The notes beneath the pieces are model-generated. The model searched no databases, was not told the origin of the DNA, and saw nothing but the letters and a program-made list of their open reading frames with translations. A DNA stretch of 64,000 nt from Intestinimonas sp. GTDB taxonomy: Bacteria; Bacillota; Clostridia; Oscillospirales; Oscillospiraceae. The position numbers were made by a program, and so were the translations under genes. Each line of letters opens with the position of its first letter. Position 1 is the first letter of the stretch. Location of the stretch: positions 4,884-68,883 of the forward strand of contig NZ_JAPFEA010000153.1 of the NCBI RefSeq assembly GCF_026169115.1, written 5' to 3'. Of this stretch, positions 1-9,000 are shown piece by piece.

Positions 1-453
1 GTGGACCCCGGCTTTTTCCACCCACTGGCCGTGCTCACGGGTGATCTTGAAGTCCTCACGGATGAGCCGTATGGCGGCGATGCGGCCCAGACAGACAATG
101 ATCTTGGGTCGGATCAAAGCCACCTGGTTGCGGAGATAACCGATACATGCCTCAATTTCGGTGTTGAGGGGATCGCGGTTTTGGGGAGGACGGCACTTGA
201 CCATGTTGCCGATGAAGTAGCGGGAGCGGTCCAGGTCGATGATGGAGAGCATCTCGTCCAAAAATTGGCCGGCCCGCCCCACGAAGGGGCGGCCAGTGCG
301 ATCCTCCTGCTCGCCGGGGCCCTCGCCGATGAACATGACGTCGGCGGTGCGGAGCCCCTCGCCGAAGACCACATGATGGCGCGTCTCACAGAGGGAGCAG
401 TTTCGGCAGCCGGTGCAGGCGGTCTCCAGATCGTTCCAGTTGAGCATGAGCAT
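1..453 (-). CDS. Uracil-DNA glycosylase, family 4 (Fe-S type); 3' end runs off the window
   Basis: Manual translation of the minus strand gives [33 protein letters not shown]...[27 protein letters not shown]...[13 protein letters not shown]. These are the GEGPG, GRPFVG and KCRPP motifs plus N-terminal Cys ligands. Absent from the ORF track because it is incomplete. Start is 453 or 447. Confidence 0.9.
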   Translation of the reverse strand, partial: MLMLNWNDLETACTGCRNCSLCETRHHVVFGEGLRTADVMFIGEGPGEQEDRTGRPFVGRAGQFLDEMLSIIDLDRSRYFIGNMVKCRPPQNRDPLNTEIEACIGYLRNQVALIRPKIIVCLGRIAAIRLIREDFKITREHGQWVEKAGVH

Positions 454-494
454 AACGCCTCTTTCCCAGATAAATTGCGTACCAGCAGTATAGT

Positions 495-656
495 ATAAAA
501 CTTCATGCGCCAAGAGCGCACCACGAAAACGGGCAAAGGCTTGTGGCGCATGAAGTTTATGCGCATATGGGCCGTCCCGGCCCATGCGCTTTGATTGCAT
601 GGCCGTGCCGCTGAAAGCGGCACATGGACAATTTTGCGATGCAATGCATAGCAAAA
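495..656. repeat. Cluster of four adjacent inverted repeats / hairpins
   Basis: Perfect 15-bp IR AAACTTCATGCGCCA (498-512) / TGGCGCATGAAGTTT (544-558), plus hairpins at 561-589, 605-623 and 632-656. Confidence 0.7.
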
Positions 657-787
657 GACCGGCGATCAAAACCCATTTCGACAGAAAACACCATTTTATT
701 TCGGGACAAAAAGTTTCCCTCCAGGTCGAATTCGACGGAGAGAGATCCATTCAGACCGCCGTGGGGCGGCAAACAGGGGACTGCGCT

Positions 788-949
788 TTAGGGAGTTACG
801 ACGGGCTTTCCCTCTTTATCAAGCAACGGAGTGAATCCTGCCGCATTGCCGTTCCGGTGAAAGACATAGTTCACGCCGGTTTGTGTATCGACCCAAATCT
901 CGATTACATCGATGGTGCCTTGCTGATAAATTTTCTGAAAGCGATTCAT
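788..949 (-). CDS. Small DUF6440-like protein (53 aa)
   Basis: MNRFQKIYQQG...IWVDTQTGVNYVF...GFTPLLDKEGKP matches the VDxxTGVNY / TPLLDxxGKP signature. GGAGG RBS upstream. Confidence 0.75.
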   Translation of the reverse strand: MNRFQKIYQQGTIDVIEIWVDTQTGVNYVFHRNGNAAGFTPLLDKEGKPVVTP

Positions 950-1110
950 AGGTATCCCTCCTGAAAATGAAATCATTCGCATGCTTTTATGCGCTCATCA
1001 TGTCAAAATCTATTTTATCATATTCTCTTGCTCCAATCAACACAGGATGGAATCGACAGAGACCTGCTCTGCCGGTTCGCCGGAGACAGGAGAAGGCAGA
1101 AAAGTGGGAG

Positions 1111-1139
1111 TTGACATTTTGATGGAAAGCGCATATACT
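1111..1139 (+). promoter_or_regulatory. SigA promoter of the aspS2-gatCAB leader
   Basis: TTGACA (1111-1116), 17-bp spacer, TATACT (1134-1139). Confidence 0.85.
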
Positions 1140-1147
1140 ACGTCCAA

Positions 1148-1408
1148 CAAAGGCGATGAACGAGACCGTCCCCCGTGAGGGCCGCCAGAGAATCCGGGTC
1201 ACCGACTGAGAGCCCGGTCCGGCAGGATGGGGAGACGCAACACTTGTGAGCCGGGGTTTCGAGCCTGCGACCGGCAGGGGAGGGGCCCACGTCTTCCCGC
1301 GTTAAGGGGAAAAAGGGGCCGTTTCCATAGAGAGACGGCAATCTTTGGGTGGTACCGCGGAGCATTCCGTCCCGAAGCTGTTGCAGACAGCTCCGGGACG
1401 TTTTTTTA
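1148..1408 (+). ncRNA. T-box riboswitch, probable Asn (AAC) specifier
   Basis: Stem I has the GA motif, AGAGA box and CTGAGAG apical loop. AAC at 1239-1241 is followed by A and the closing stem. T-box GGTGGTACCGCG at 1348-1359. Terminator CGTCCCG...CGGGACG-T7 at about 1368-1407. Confidence 0.9.
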
Positions 1409-1454
1409 TCCTTCGACGGGTCCCGCCCACGAAAAAAGAAAGGACGTGAACGGT

Positions 1455-2777
1455 ATGGAATTCATCAATGGGACCAGAATGTGCGGAGGGCCGGCATACA
1501 ATGACCTCCTGGAGGGCGGACGGCGAAACCAGACCGTTCAAGTCTCCGGTATGGTCCATGTAAAGCGGCCTGTGGGCGGTGGTCTCACGTTTTTGAAGCT
1601 GCGGCTCCGGGACGGCCTGCTCCAGTGTGTGTGCAGCGGCCTGGACCTGGCGGGGGTCCCGGAGGAGTCTGCCGTGACGGTGTCCGGCGCTCTGCGGGAG
1701 GAGACTCGGGCCCCCGGCGGGGTGGAGCTTGCCGCCGAGTCGGTGGAGGTCCTCTCCCGGCCGGCGGAGCCCATGCCGGTGCCGGTGGCCAAGGCCAGGC
1801 TCAACGTCAACCTGGACACCGAGCTGGGCCTGCGGCCAGTCCTCTTGCGCCACCTGCGGGCGCGCAGCATTTTCCGTATCCAGGCCGGCCTGAGCCGGGC
1901 CTTTCGGGAGTATCTCCAAAAGGAGGGCTTCACCGAGGTCCACACCCCCAAGATCGTCCACGCTGGGGCGGAGGGCGGCCCCAACATTTTCCGGCTGGAC
2001 TATTTTGGGCGAAAAGCCTTCCTGGCCCAGTCCCCCCAGTTCTACAAGCAGACCATGGTGGGCGCTTTTGAGCGGGTCTATGAGGTGGCCCCTGTCTTCC
2101 GGGCGGAGAAGCACGCCACTACCCGGCATCTCAACGAGTACACCTCCATGGACTTCGAGATGGGCTTTCTCCGGTCCTTCACCGACGTGATGGAAATGGA
2201 AACAGGCTTTCTCCGGTACGCCATGGACCTGCTGAGGCGGGAGTATGCCGGCGATGCGGCCCGGTTGGATATCGACATTCCGGAGGTAACGGAGATCCCT
2301 GCCATCCGCTTCGACGAGGCCAAGCGCCTGGCGGCGGAGAAGTACGGCTACCAGATCCGGGACCCCTATGACCTGGAGCCGGAGGAGGAGCACGCCATCG
2401 GGCGCTATGCCCGGGAGGAGTGGGGCAGCGACTTTGTCTTTGTCACCCACTACCCGGGGAGGAAGCGGCCCTTCTACGCCATGGACGACCCGGACGACCC
2501 CAGATACACCCTCTCCTTTGACCTCCTGTTCCGGGGGATGGAGGTCACCACCGGCGGACAGCGTATCCACGACTATGGACAACAGGTGGCCAAGCTGGAG
2601 AAGCTGGGTATGGACCCGGCGGAATTTGGGAGCTACCTTATGATCCACAGGCACGGCATGCCGCCCCACGGCGGCCTGGGCATCGGGCTGGAGCGGCTGA
2701 CCATGCAGCTGTGCGGCCTGGACAACGTACGCTGTGCCAGTCTGTTTCCCCGGGACCTGAGCCGGCTGGAACCATGA
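1455..2777 (+). CDS. aspS: Non-discriminating aspartyl-tRNA(Asp/Asn) synthetase, archaeal-type short form
   Basis: LAQSPQFYKQ, FRAEKH, RHLNEYTSMDFE and GMPPHGGLGIGLER class IIb motifs. About 440 aa, directly upstream of gatCAB. Confidence 0.92.
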   Translation: MEFINGTRMCGGPAYNDLLEGGRRNQTVQVSGMVHVKRPVGGGLTFLKLRLRDGLLQCVCSGLDLAGVPEESAVTVSGALREETRAPGGVELAAESVEVLSRPAEPMPVPVAKARLNVNLDTELGLRPVLLRHLRARSIFRIQAGLSRAFREYLQKEGFTEVHTPKIVHAGAEGGPNIFRLDYFGRKAFLAQSPQFYKQTMVGAFERVYEVAPVFRAEKHATTRHLNEYTSMDFEMGFLRSFTDVMEMETGFLRYAMDLLRREYAGDAARLDIDIPEVTEIPAIRFDEAKRLAAEKYGYQIRDPYDLEPEEEHAIGRYAREEWGSDFVFVTHYPGRKRPFYAMDDPDDPRYTLSFDLLFRGMEVTTGGQRIHDYGQQVAKLEKLGMDPAEFGSYLMIHRHGMPPHGGLGIGLERLTMQLCGLDNVRCASLFPRDLSRLEP

Positions 2778-2792
2778 GACGGAGGTTTTAGA

Positions 2793-3080
2793 ATGAAAAT
2801 TACAGAAGAGATGGTAGATTACATCTCCGCTCTGGCCCGACTGAAGCTGCCCCAGGCGGAGAAGACAAGAATGACCGGCGAGCTGGAACAGCTCCTGGCC
2901 TATATGGACGTACTGAATGGTCTGAACACCGAGGGCGTGGAGCCCATGAGCCACGTCTTCCCCTTGAAAAACGTGATGCGGCCCGACGAGGTGGAGCCCT
3001 CCGGGGACCGGGCGGAACTGCTGGCCAATTCACCGGTGACTGACGAAGCGGCCTTCCTGGTGCCCAGGACAGTGGAATAA
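2793..3080 (+). CDS. gatC: Asp/Glu-tRNA amidotransferase subunit C
   Basis: 95 aa, LARLKL...VEPMSH...NVMRPD...FLVPR; position in the operon. Confidence 0.95.
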   Translation: MKITEEMVDYISALARLKLPQAEKTRMTGELEQLLAYMDVLNGLNTEGVEPMSHVFPLKNVMRPDEVEPSGDRAELLANSPVTDEAAFLVPRTVE

Positions 3081-3092
3081 GGGGGAGCGAAA

Positions 3093-4574
3093 ATGGAACT
3101 TTTGGAATATACCGCCCTGGAGCTGGGCGGACTCATTCAAAAGGGGGAGGTCACGCCCACCCAGGCCGCCCGGGCCGCTCTGGACCGCGTGGCGGCGGAG
3201 CAGGACCGGAACAACGCCTTCATCATCTGCCTGGACGAGGAGCAGGTTCTGGCCCAGGCCAACCACGTGGAAAAACGCCTGGCGGCGGGGGAGAGGCTCT
3301 CCCCCCTGGCCGGGGTGCCCATGGCCCTCAAGGACAACATCTGCACCAAAGGGGTGCCCACCACCTGTGCCTCCCGGATCTTGGGGGACTTCACGCCACC
3401 CTACGACGCCACGGCGGCAGAACGGCTCAAGGCCGCCGGCGGGGTGCTGCTGGGCAAGCTGAACATGGACGAGTTTGCTATGGGTTCCACCTCGGAGACC
3501 TCTTACTACGGCCCCACCCGGAACCCCTGGGACCTGGACCGGGTCCCGGGCGGGTCCTCCGGCGGCAGCGCCGCCGCCGTGGCGGCAGGGGAGTGCTGGT
3601 ATGCCGTTGGCTCAGATACCGGCGGCTCCATCCGTCAGCCCGCCTCTTACTGCGGCGTCACCGGGCTCAAGCCTACCTACGGCGCTGTGAGCCGGTATGG
3701 GCTGGTCGCCTACGCCTCCTCCCTGGACCAGATGGGGCCTCTGGCCCGGTCTGCCGCCGACTGTGCCGCCGTGCTGGAGCTGATGGCGGGGAAGGACCGC
3801 CGGGACGGCACCAGCTTGGACGCCGGCTGGGATGGTCTGACAGCAGGGCTCAACGGAGATCTGCGGGGACTGCGGGTGGGTCTGCCTGCCGATTGCTTCG
3901 GCGACGGCCTAGACGGGGAGGTACGGTCCGCCGTTCTCTCCGCTGCGGAAGTCCTCAAGGACCGGGGGGCCGTGGTGGAGACCTTTTCCTTCCCCATGAT
4001 GAAGTATGTGGTGCCTGCCTATTATATCATTGCCGCCGCCGAGGCCAGTTCCAACCTGTCCCGGTTTGACGGCGTCAAGTACGGCTGGCGGGCCGAGGGC
4101 TATGAGGGCCTGACTGACCTCTACGAGGCGACCCGCACCCAGGGTTTCGGCGCCGAGGTCAAGCGGCGCATCCTGCTGGGGACCTTCGTCCTCTCCGCCG
4201 GCTACTACGACGCCTATTACAAAAAGGCGCTCCAGGTCAAGGCCCTCATCAAAGGAGCCTATGACAGGGCCTTTGAGTACTATGATCTGCTCCTCACCCC
4301 GGTGGCCCCCACCACCGCCCCCAGGCTGGGGGATAGCCTGGGGGACCCTCTCAGAATGTACCTCTCAGATATCTATACCGTTCCATTGAATTTGGCCGGA
4401 CTGCCGGGGCTGTCCATGCCCTGCGGCTTTGACAGGAAGGGTCTACCCATCGGGGCCCAGCTCATCGGTCCCGCCCTGGGGGAGGCCAAGGTCCTGGGCG
4501 CCGCCCATGCCTTCCAACTGGACACCGATTATCACAGACAAAGCCCCACCGGAAAGGAGGCGTCGGTCCAATGA
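3093..4574 (+). CDS. gatA: Asp/Glu-tRNA amidotransferase subunit A
   Basis: Amidase signature GGSSGGSAAAV, GSDTGGSIRQPA and SSNLSRFDGVKYG. Confidence 0.97.
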   Translation: MELLEYTALELGGLIQKGEVTPTQAARAALDRVAAEQDRNNAFIICLDEEQVLAQANHVEKRLAAGERLSPLAGVPMALKDNICTKGVPTTCASRILGDFTPPYDATAAERLKAAGGVLLGKLNMDEFAMGSTSETSYYGPTRNPWDLDRVPGGSSGGSAAAVAAGECWYAVGSDTGGSIRQPASYCGVTGLKPTYGAVSRYGLVAYASSLDQMGPLARSAADCAAVLELMAGKDRRDGTSLDAGWDGLTAGLNGDLRGLRVGLPADCFGDGLDGEVRSAVLSAAEVLKDRGAVVETFSFPMMKYVVPAYYIIAAAEASSNLSRFDGVKYGWRAEGYEGLTDLYEATRTQGFGAEVKRRILLGTFVLSAGYYDAYYKKALQVKALIKGAYDRAFEYYDLLLTPVAPTTAPRLGDSLGDPLRMYLSDIYTVPLNLAGLPGLSMPCGFDRKGLPIGAQLIGPALGEAKVLGAAHAFQLDTDYHRQSPTGKEASVQ

Positions 4575-6007
4575 TCTGGGAAACTGTCATCGGACTGGAG
4601 ACCCACGTGGAGCTCTCCACCAAGACCAAGATCTTCTGTGCCTGCACCACCGAGTTCGGCGGCGCGCCCAACACCCACTGCTGCCCGGTGTGCATGGGCA
4701 TGCCCGGCGCCCTGCCGGTGCTCAACGAGAAGGTGGTGGAGTATGCCGTGAAGGCCGGTCTGGCCCTGGGCTGCGACATCACCCGATCCAGCAAATTTGA
4801 CCGGAAGAACTACTTCTACCCTGATCTGCCCAAAGCCTACCAGATTTCCCAGCTCTACCTGCCCATCGCCCGGAACGGAGCGGTGAGCATCTCTCTGGAG
4901 GGTGGCGGCTGCAAGACCATCCGCATTCACGAGCTCCACATGGAGGAGGATGCAGGAAAGCTGGTCCACGATCCCTGGCTCGACCAGACCCGGTGCGACT
5001 ACAACCGCTGCGGCGTCCCCCTCATCGAGATCGTCACCGAGCCCGATTTCCGCTCGGGGGAGGAGGTCATCGCCTATCTGGAAAAGCTGCGCTCTGTCCT
5101 CCAGTACCTTGGGGTCTCCGACTGCAAGATGCAGGAGGGCTCCCTGCGCTGCGATGTGAACCTCTCCGTGCGCCCCGTGGGCTCCGCCGAGCTGGGCACC
5201 CGCACCGAGATGAAGAACCTCAACTCCTTCAAGGCCATCGCCCGCTCCATTGAGTATGAGGCCAAACGGCAGATCGAACTGCTGGAGGAGGGCGGACGGG
5301 TGGTCCAGGAGACCCGCCGCTGGGACGAGAACAAGGATGCCACCTTTGCCATGCGCTCCAAGGAGAACGCCCAGGACTACCGCTACTTTCCGGAGCCGGA
5401 CCTTCTGCCCCTGGAGATCGGTGAGGACGACCTGGAGCGTCTTCGGAGGGAGCAGCCCGAGCTGGCCGAGGCCAGGATGGCCCGGTACCAGGCGGACTGG
5501 GGCCTGCCCGTCTATGATACCCAAATGCTCACCAGCCAGAAGGCCCTGGCGGAGTTCTTTGAAAGCGTGGTGGCCCTGGGCGCCCCGCCCAAGCAGGCCG
5601 CCAACTGGATCATGGGCGAGGTCCTGCGCCGGCTTTCCGCCGACGGCCTGGAGGCTGGGGACATGGCCCTCACCCCTGGAACGCTGGCCCGGCTCATTGA
5701 GTTGGTCCAGACGGGCACACTCAACCGGAACACCGCGGTCAGAGTCTTTGACGCCGTTTTTTCGGACGACGGCGACGTGGACGCCTATGTGAAGGCCCAC
5801 GGCCTGGAGCAGGTCGCCGACGCCGGACTGGTGGGCGGGGCGGTGGAGCGGGTCCTGGCCGCCAACGCCAAGTCCGTCCAGGATTTCAGGGCCGGGAAGG
5901 AAAAGGCGTTCGGCTTCCTGGTGGGTCAGGTCATGCGGGAGCTCAAGGGCCAGGCGTCTCCCCAGGTGGTCCATCAGACCCTGCGGGAAAAACTGGAGCA
6001 GCTGTAA
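4571..6007 (+). CDS. gatB: Asp/Glu-tRNA amidotransferase subunit B
   Basis: VIGLETHVEL, FDRKNYFYPDLPKAYQISQ, HMEEDAGK and DYRYFPEPDL. Confidence 0.97.
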   Translation: MIWETVIGLETHVELSTKTKIFCACTTEFGGAPNTHCCPVCMGMPGALPVLNEKVVEYAVKAGLALGCDITRSSKFDRKNYFYPDLPKAYQISQLYLPIARNGAVSISLEGGGCKTIRIHELHMEEDAGKLVHDPWLDQTRCDYNRCGVPLIEIVTEPDFRSGEEVIAYLEKLRSVLQYLGVSDCKMQEGSLRCDVNLSVRPVGSAELGTRTEMKNLNSFKAIARSIEYEAKRQIELLEEGGRVVQETRRWDENKDATFAMRSKENAQDYRYFPEPDLLPLEIGEDDLERLRREQPELAEARMARYQADWGLPVYDTQMLTSQKALAEFFESVVALGAPPKQAANWIMGEVLRRLSADGLEAGDMALTPGTLARLIELVQTGTLNRNTAVRVFDAVFSDDGDVDAYVKAHGLEQVADAGLVGGAVERVLAANAKSVQDFRAGKEKAFGFLVGQVMRELKGQASPQVVHQTLREKLEQL

Positions 6008-6010
6008 GAA

Positions 6011-6053
6011 GGGAAGCGCCCCTCCTCTTTGTATAGAGGAGGGGCGCTTCCTG
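6011..6053 (+). terminator. Hairpin terminator after gatB
   Basis: GGAAGCGCCCCTCCTCT-loop-AGAGGAGGGGCGCTTCC. Confidence 0.75.
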
Positions 6054-6060
6054 TTCCCAA

Positions 6061-6128
6061 AATGTAAAAAGATCTTGACTTTTTGCAGAAACAGAGGTAT
6101 CCTCTGAATGTAAAGAAAGTTAGACATT
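6061..6128 (+). promoter_or_regulatory. SigA promoter with two imperfect operator-like palindromes (probable XRE autoregulation)
   Basis: TTGACT (6075-6080), 17 bp, TATCCT (6098-6103). Related repeats AATGTAAAAAGATCTTGACTT and AATGTAAAGAAAGTTAGACATT. Confidence 0.55.
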
Positions 6129-6144
6129 TTGGAGGTGTATCCCA

Positions 6145-6501
6145 ATGAAAAAATGGTTGGAAAAGCTGGGCTTCCGAAAAATGGACGAGATGGAGCGGCT
6201 CATCGCCCTCAAAGCCCAGCGCAACACGCTCCTTTATATGGTGATCTTTCTGGTGCTCTGGAGCCTGCACAGCAGCCTGCGCACCATCCGGGAGCATGTG
6301 CCTTTGGACAACACGCCCAGCCTGCTCCTGACCACCGCTGTGCTGGTGCTCATTGGCTCCCAGTTTTACTATCGGCATAAGGCCCTTTCCGGCAGTGAGG
6401 AGGAAAAAGAACTGACCGGGGGATTTCTGCGTGTTTTCCTGCCTGCCCTTTTCCTTCTGGCGCTGCTTTTGACGATTGGGACCTGGCTGGTGCTGGGATG
6501 A
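6145..6501 (+). CDS. Small membrane protein (3 TM, MDEME motif)
   Basis: GGAGG RBS, three hydrophobic stretches, coupled to the HTH gene by an ATGA overlap. Confidence 0.75.
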   Translation: MKKWLEKLGFRKMDEMERLIALKAQRNTLLYMVIFLVLWSLHSSLRTIREHVPLDNTPSLLLTTAVLVLIGSQFYYRHKALSGSEEEKELTGGFLRVFLPALFLLALLLTIGTWLVLG

Positions 6502-6695
6502 AGAACTGTATCAAGGCCCTCCGCAAGGCCAGGGGCCTGCGGCAGGAGGATGTGGCGATGCTGTTGGGGGTGAGCCGCCAGACCATCATTGCCATGGAGA
6601 ACGACAAGTATGATCCATCCTTGGCCCTGGCTATGCGCCTGGCCCGGCTGCTGGAGACCCCTGTGGAGGAGATCTTCCAGCTGGAGGAGGGTTAG
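6498..6695 (+). CDS. XRE/Cro-family HTH transcriptional regulator
   Basis: LRQEDVAMLLGVSRQTIIAMENDKYDPSLALA...VEEIF. Confidence 0.92.
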   Translation: MKNCIKALRKARGLRQEDVAMLLGVSRQTIIAMENDKYDPSLALAMRLARLLETPVEEIFQLEEG

Positions 6696-6783
6696 GGGGA
6701 GGCGGGTCCTGCCCTTGCGATTCTTCCGGTTTCATGCTATGCTACCAGAAGGAACGATCTTAACTGGGGAAGGAGAGACAGAT

Positions 6784-8715
6784 ATGAGATACCTCCGTTC
6801 CATGTTTGTCCTGATACTGAGCATGCTCATGCTTCTGGGCGCGGGCATGCCGGCCGCCCTTGCTGCGGCGCAGACGCCGGGAGAATTGACCATCCTGTTC
6901 ACCCACGACACCCATGACCACTTTCTGCCGGCTGACGACGAGGAGGGCGGGGAATACGGCGGCTATGTCCGGCTGGCCACGCTGCTGAAGGAGCAGCGGC
7001 AGGCCGGTGTCGAGCAGGGGAGGACTGTGATTACTCTGGACGGGGGCGACTTCTCCATGGGCTCCCTCTTCCAGACCATCTACGCCTCCGACGCCCCGGA
7101 GCTCCGGGCGCTGGGGGCCATGGGCTATGATGTGACCACCCTGGGCAACCATGAGTTCGACTACCGCCAGCAGGGGCTGACCGATATGCTCACAGCCGCC
7201 AAGGCCAGCGGTGACCCGTTGCCTGCCATCGTCCAGGCCAACTACACTGTGCCGCTGGACCAGTCAGCGGGGGCGGACCTGACGGCGGCCCTGGAGAACT
7301 ATCCGGTGACCGACTATACCGTGTTGGAGCGGGACGGACTGCGGGTGGCGGTCTTCGGCGTGCTGGGGGAGGACGCAGACGACTGCGCGCCCATGTCGGG
7401 CATGGAGCTTGAGCCCGTTGCTGACGCCGCCAAACGGGTGGTTGTGGAGATCCGGGAGAAAGAGGACCCGGACTATATCATCTGCCTTTCCCATGGCGGG
7501 ACCGATGCGTCTGGAAAGGGAGAGGATTACCGGCTGGCCAAGGAGGTGGACGGCATCGACGTCATCGTCTCCGGCCATACCCACACCACTCTGGACGAGC
7601 CGCTCCAGGTCAACGATACCCTCATCGTCTCCTGCGGGGCCTATACCCAGAACCTGGGTGTGCTGACCGTGTCCAAGGCAGATGGGAAAGTAAAGCTGGT
7701 AGACCATCAGCTTCTCCCTGTGGATGAGACTGTGGCCGAAGACCCGGCCATGAAAGCCCTGACCAGACGACTCCAGCGCACGGTGGATGAGACCTATCTC
7801 TCCGGCTATGGTCTCACCTTTGACCAGGTCCTGTGCGAAAATCCCCATGACTTTACGCCCATCGGCCAGTTTGGCGCCGTCCAGGAGGAGGACGCCCTGG
7901 GAAACCTCATCGCCGATTCCTACATTTACGCCGTGGAGCAGGCGGAGGGGGCAGACTATGTGCCGGTGGACTTTGCAGTGGTGGCCTCCGGGGTGGTCCG
8001 GGCCTCTCTGGCCAAGGGGGAGGTCACCGTCTCCGACGCCTTTGACGTGTCCTCCCTGGGCTCCGGCGCAGACGGTACGCCGGGCTATCCCCTGGTGGGG
8101 GTCTATATCACCGGACGGGAGCTCAAGGACGCCTTTGAGGTGGACGCCTCGGTGACGCCCCTCATGTCGGCGGCCCAGCTCTACGGCGGGGGTATGAAGT
8201 GGTCCTTCAATCCCCATCGCATGCTCTTTGACAAGGTGACCGACTGCGCCCAGGTCCTGCCCGACGGAACGGAGGTCCCCATTCAGGACGACAAGCTCTA
8301 TCGGGTGGTCACCGGACTCTACTCCGGCCAGATGTTGGGGACGGTGAACGGAAAGAGCTTCGGCCTTCTGACCATCACCCCACGGGATGAGAAGGGGCAG
8401 CCCATCGAGGAGCTGGAGGCCCATATCATTCACAATCCCGACGGGACGGAGGTCAAGGAGTGGTATGCTCTGGCCTCCTACCTGCGGAGCATGGGCACCG
8501 TGGAGGCGCGCTATGCCGCCCCTGAGGGGCGGAAGACGGTCTCCCGGTCCTGGAATCCGGTGGAGCTGTTGCGCAGTCCCGGCTGGATCACCCTTGCCGC
8601 CCTGGGCGCTGCGGTCCTGGTGCTGGTCCTTGTGGTCCTGCTGCTGCGGCGCATCCTCCGGCCCGCCGGACGCCGCGGCGGTTATCGGGGCTACCGGGGC
8701 CGCCGGCGGTGGTAA
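6784..8715 (+). CDS. Secreted, C-terminally anchored 5'-nucleotidase / metallophosphoesterase
   Basis: Signal peptide; HDTHD, LDGGD, GNHEFD, LSHGG and SGHTH calcineurin-like motifs; C-terminal TM helix plus Arg-rich tail. Confidence 0.88.
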   Translation: MRYLRSMFVLILSMLMLLGAGMPAALAAAQTPGELTILFTHDTHDHFLPADDEEGGEYGGYVRLATLLKEQRQAGVEQGRTVITLDGGDFSMGSLFQTIYASDAPELRALGAMGYDVTTLGNHEFDYRQQGLTDMLTAAKASGDPLPAIVQANYTVPLDQSAGADLTAALENYPVTDYTVLERDGLRVAVFGVLGEDADDCAPMSGMELEPVADAAKRVVVEIREKEDPDYIICLSHGGTDASGKGEDYRLAKEVDGIDVIVSGHTHTTLDEPLQVNDTLIVSCGAYTQNLGVLTVSKADGKVKLVDHQLLPVDETVAEDPAMKALTRRLQRTVDETYLSGYGLTFDQVLCENPHDFTPIGQFGAVQEEDALGNLIADSYIYAVEQAEGADYVPVDFAVVASGVVRASLAKGEVTVSDAFDVSSLGSGADGTPGYPLVGVYITGRELKDAFEVDASVTPLMSAAQLYGGGMKWSFNPHRMLFDKVTDCAQVLPDGTEVPIQDDKLYRVVTGLYSGQMLGTVNGKSFGLLTITPRDEKGQPIEELEAHIIHNPDGTEVKEWYALASYLRSMGTVEARYAAPEGRKTVSRSWNPVELLRSPGWITLAALGAAVLVLVLVVLLLRRILRPAGRRGGYRGYRGRRRW

Positions 8716-8825
8716 GAGGGGCTAGAACGGCACTCTGACAGGTGTTTGACGGGGAATTTGCCGCGATGATACTTGAAAAAGTGCGCTCCAGGGTGTATCT
8801 TAGAATCAATATGATCGGGATATCC

Positions 8826-8986
8826 ACTAAAAGTAGTTGACGGCGGCTGGCCGCAGGGCCCTTCCAGCCGCCCTGCCATTGGCCTCACATTCCTCCGGTC
8901 CCGCCGGCCGGAGGTGGGGAATATCAGCACACCATTCTCTGGCCGCTTCGGTTGTCTCCCATAAGGCGTGCCGGAAACGAAGTATG
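8826..8986 (+). ncRNA. Structured RNA in the transketolase 5' region (resembles the Clostridiales-1 motif as recalled)
   Basis: Terminal pairing of AAAAGTA-GTTGACGGC (8829-8844) with GCCGGAAAC-GAAGTATG (8970-8986) gives loop-E-like AGUA/GAA and tandem GA. Internal GC hairpins. Promoter-like TTGAAA-17-TATCTT at 8773-8801. Confidence 0.55.
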
Positions 8987-9000
8987 AAAGGAGCCGCGCT

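Noticed and set aside
1-498. Plus-strand 165-aa ORF in the track
   Set aside because: It is the antisense shadow of the minus-strand uracil-DNA glycosylase and has no motifs of its own.
1227-1454. 76-aa N-terminal extension of AspRS
   Set aside because: It overlaps the T-box leader and terminator. The RBS supports ATG 1455.
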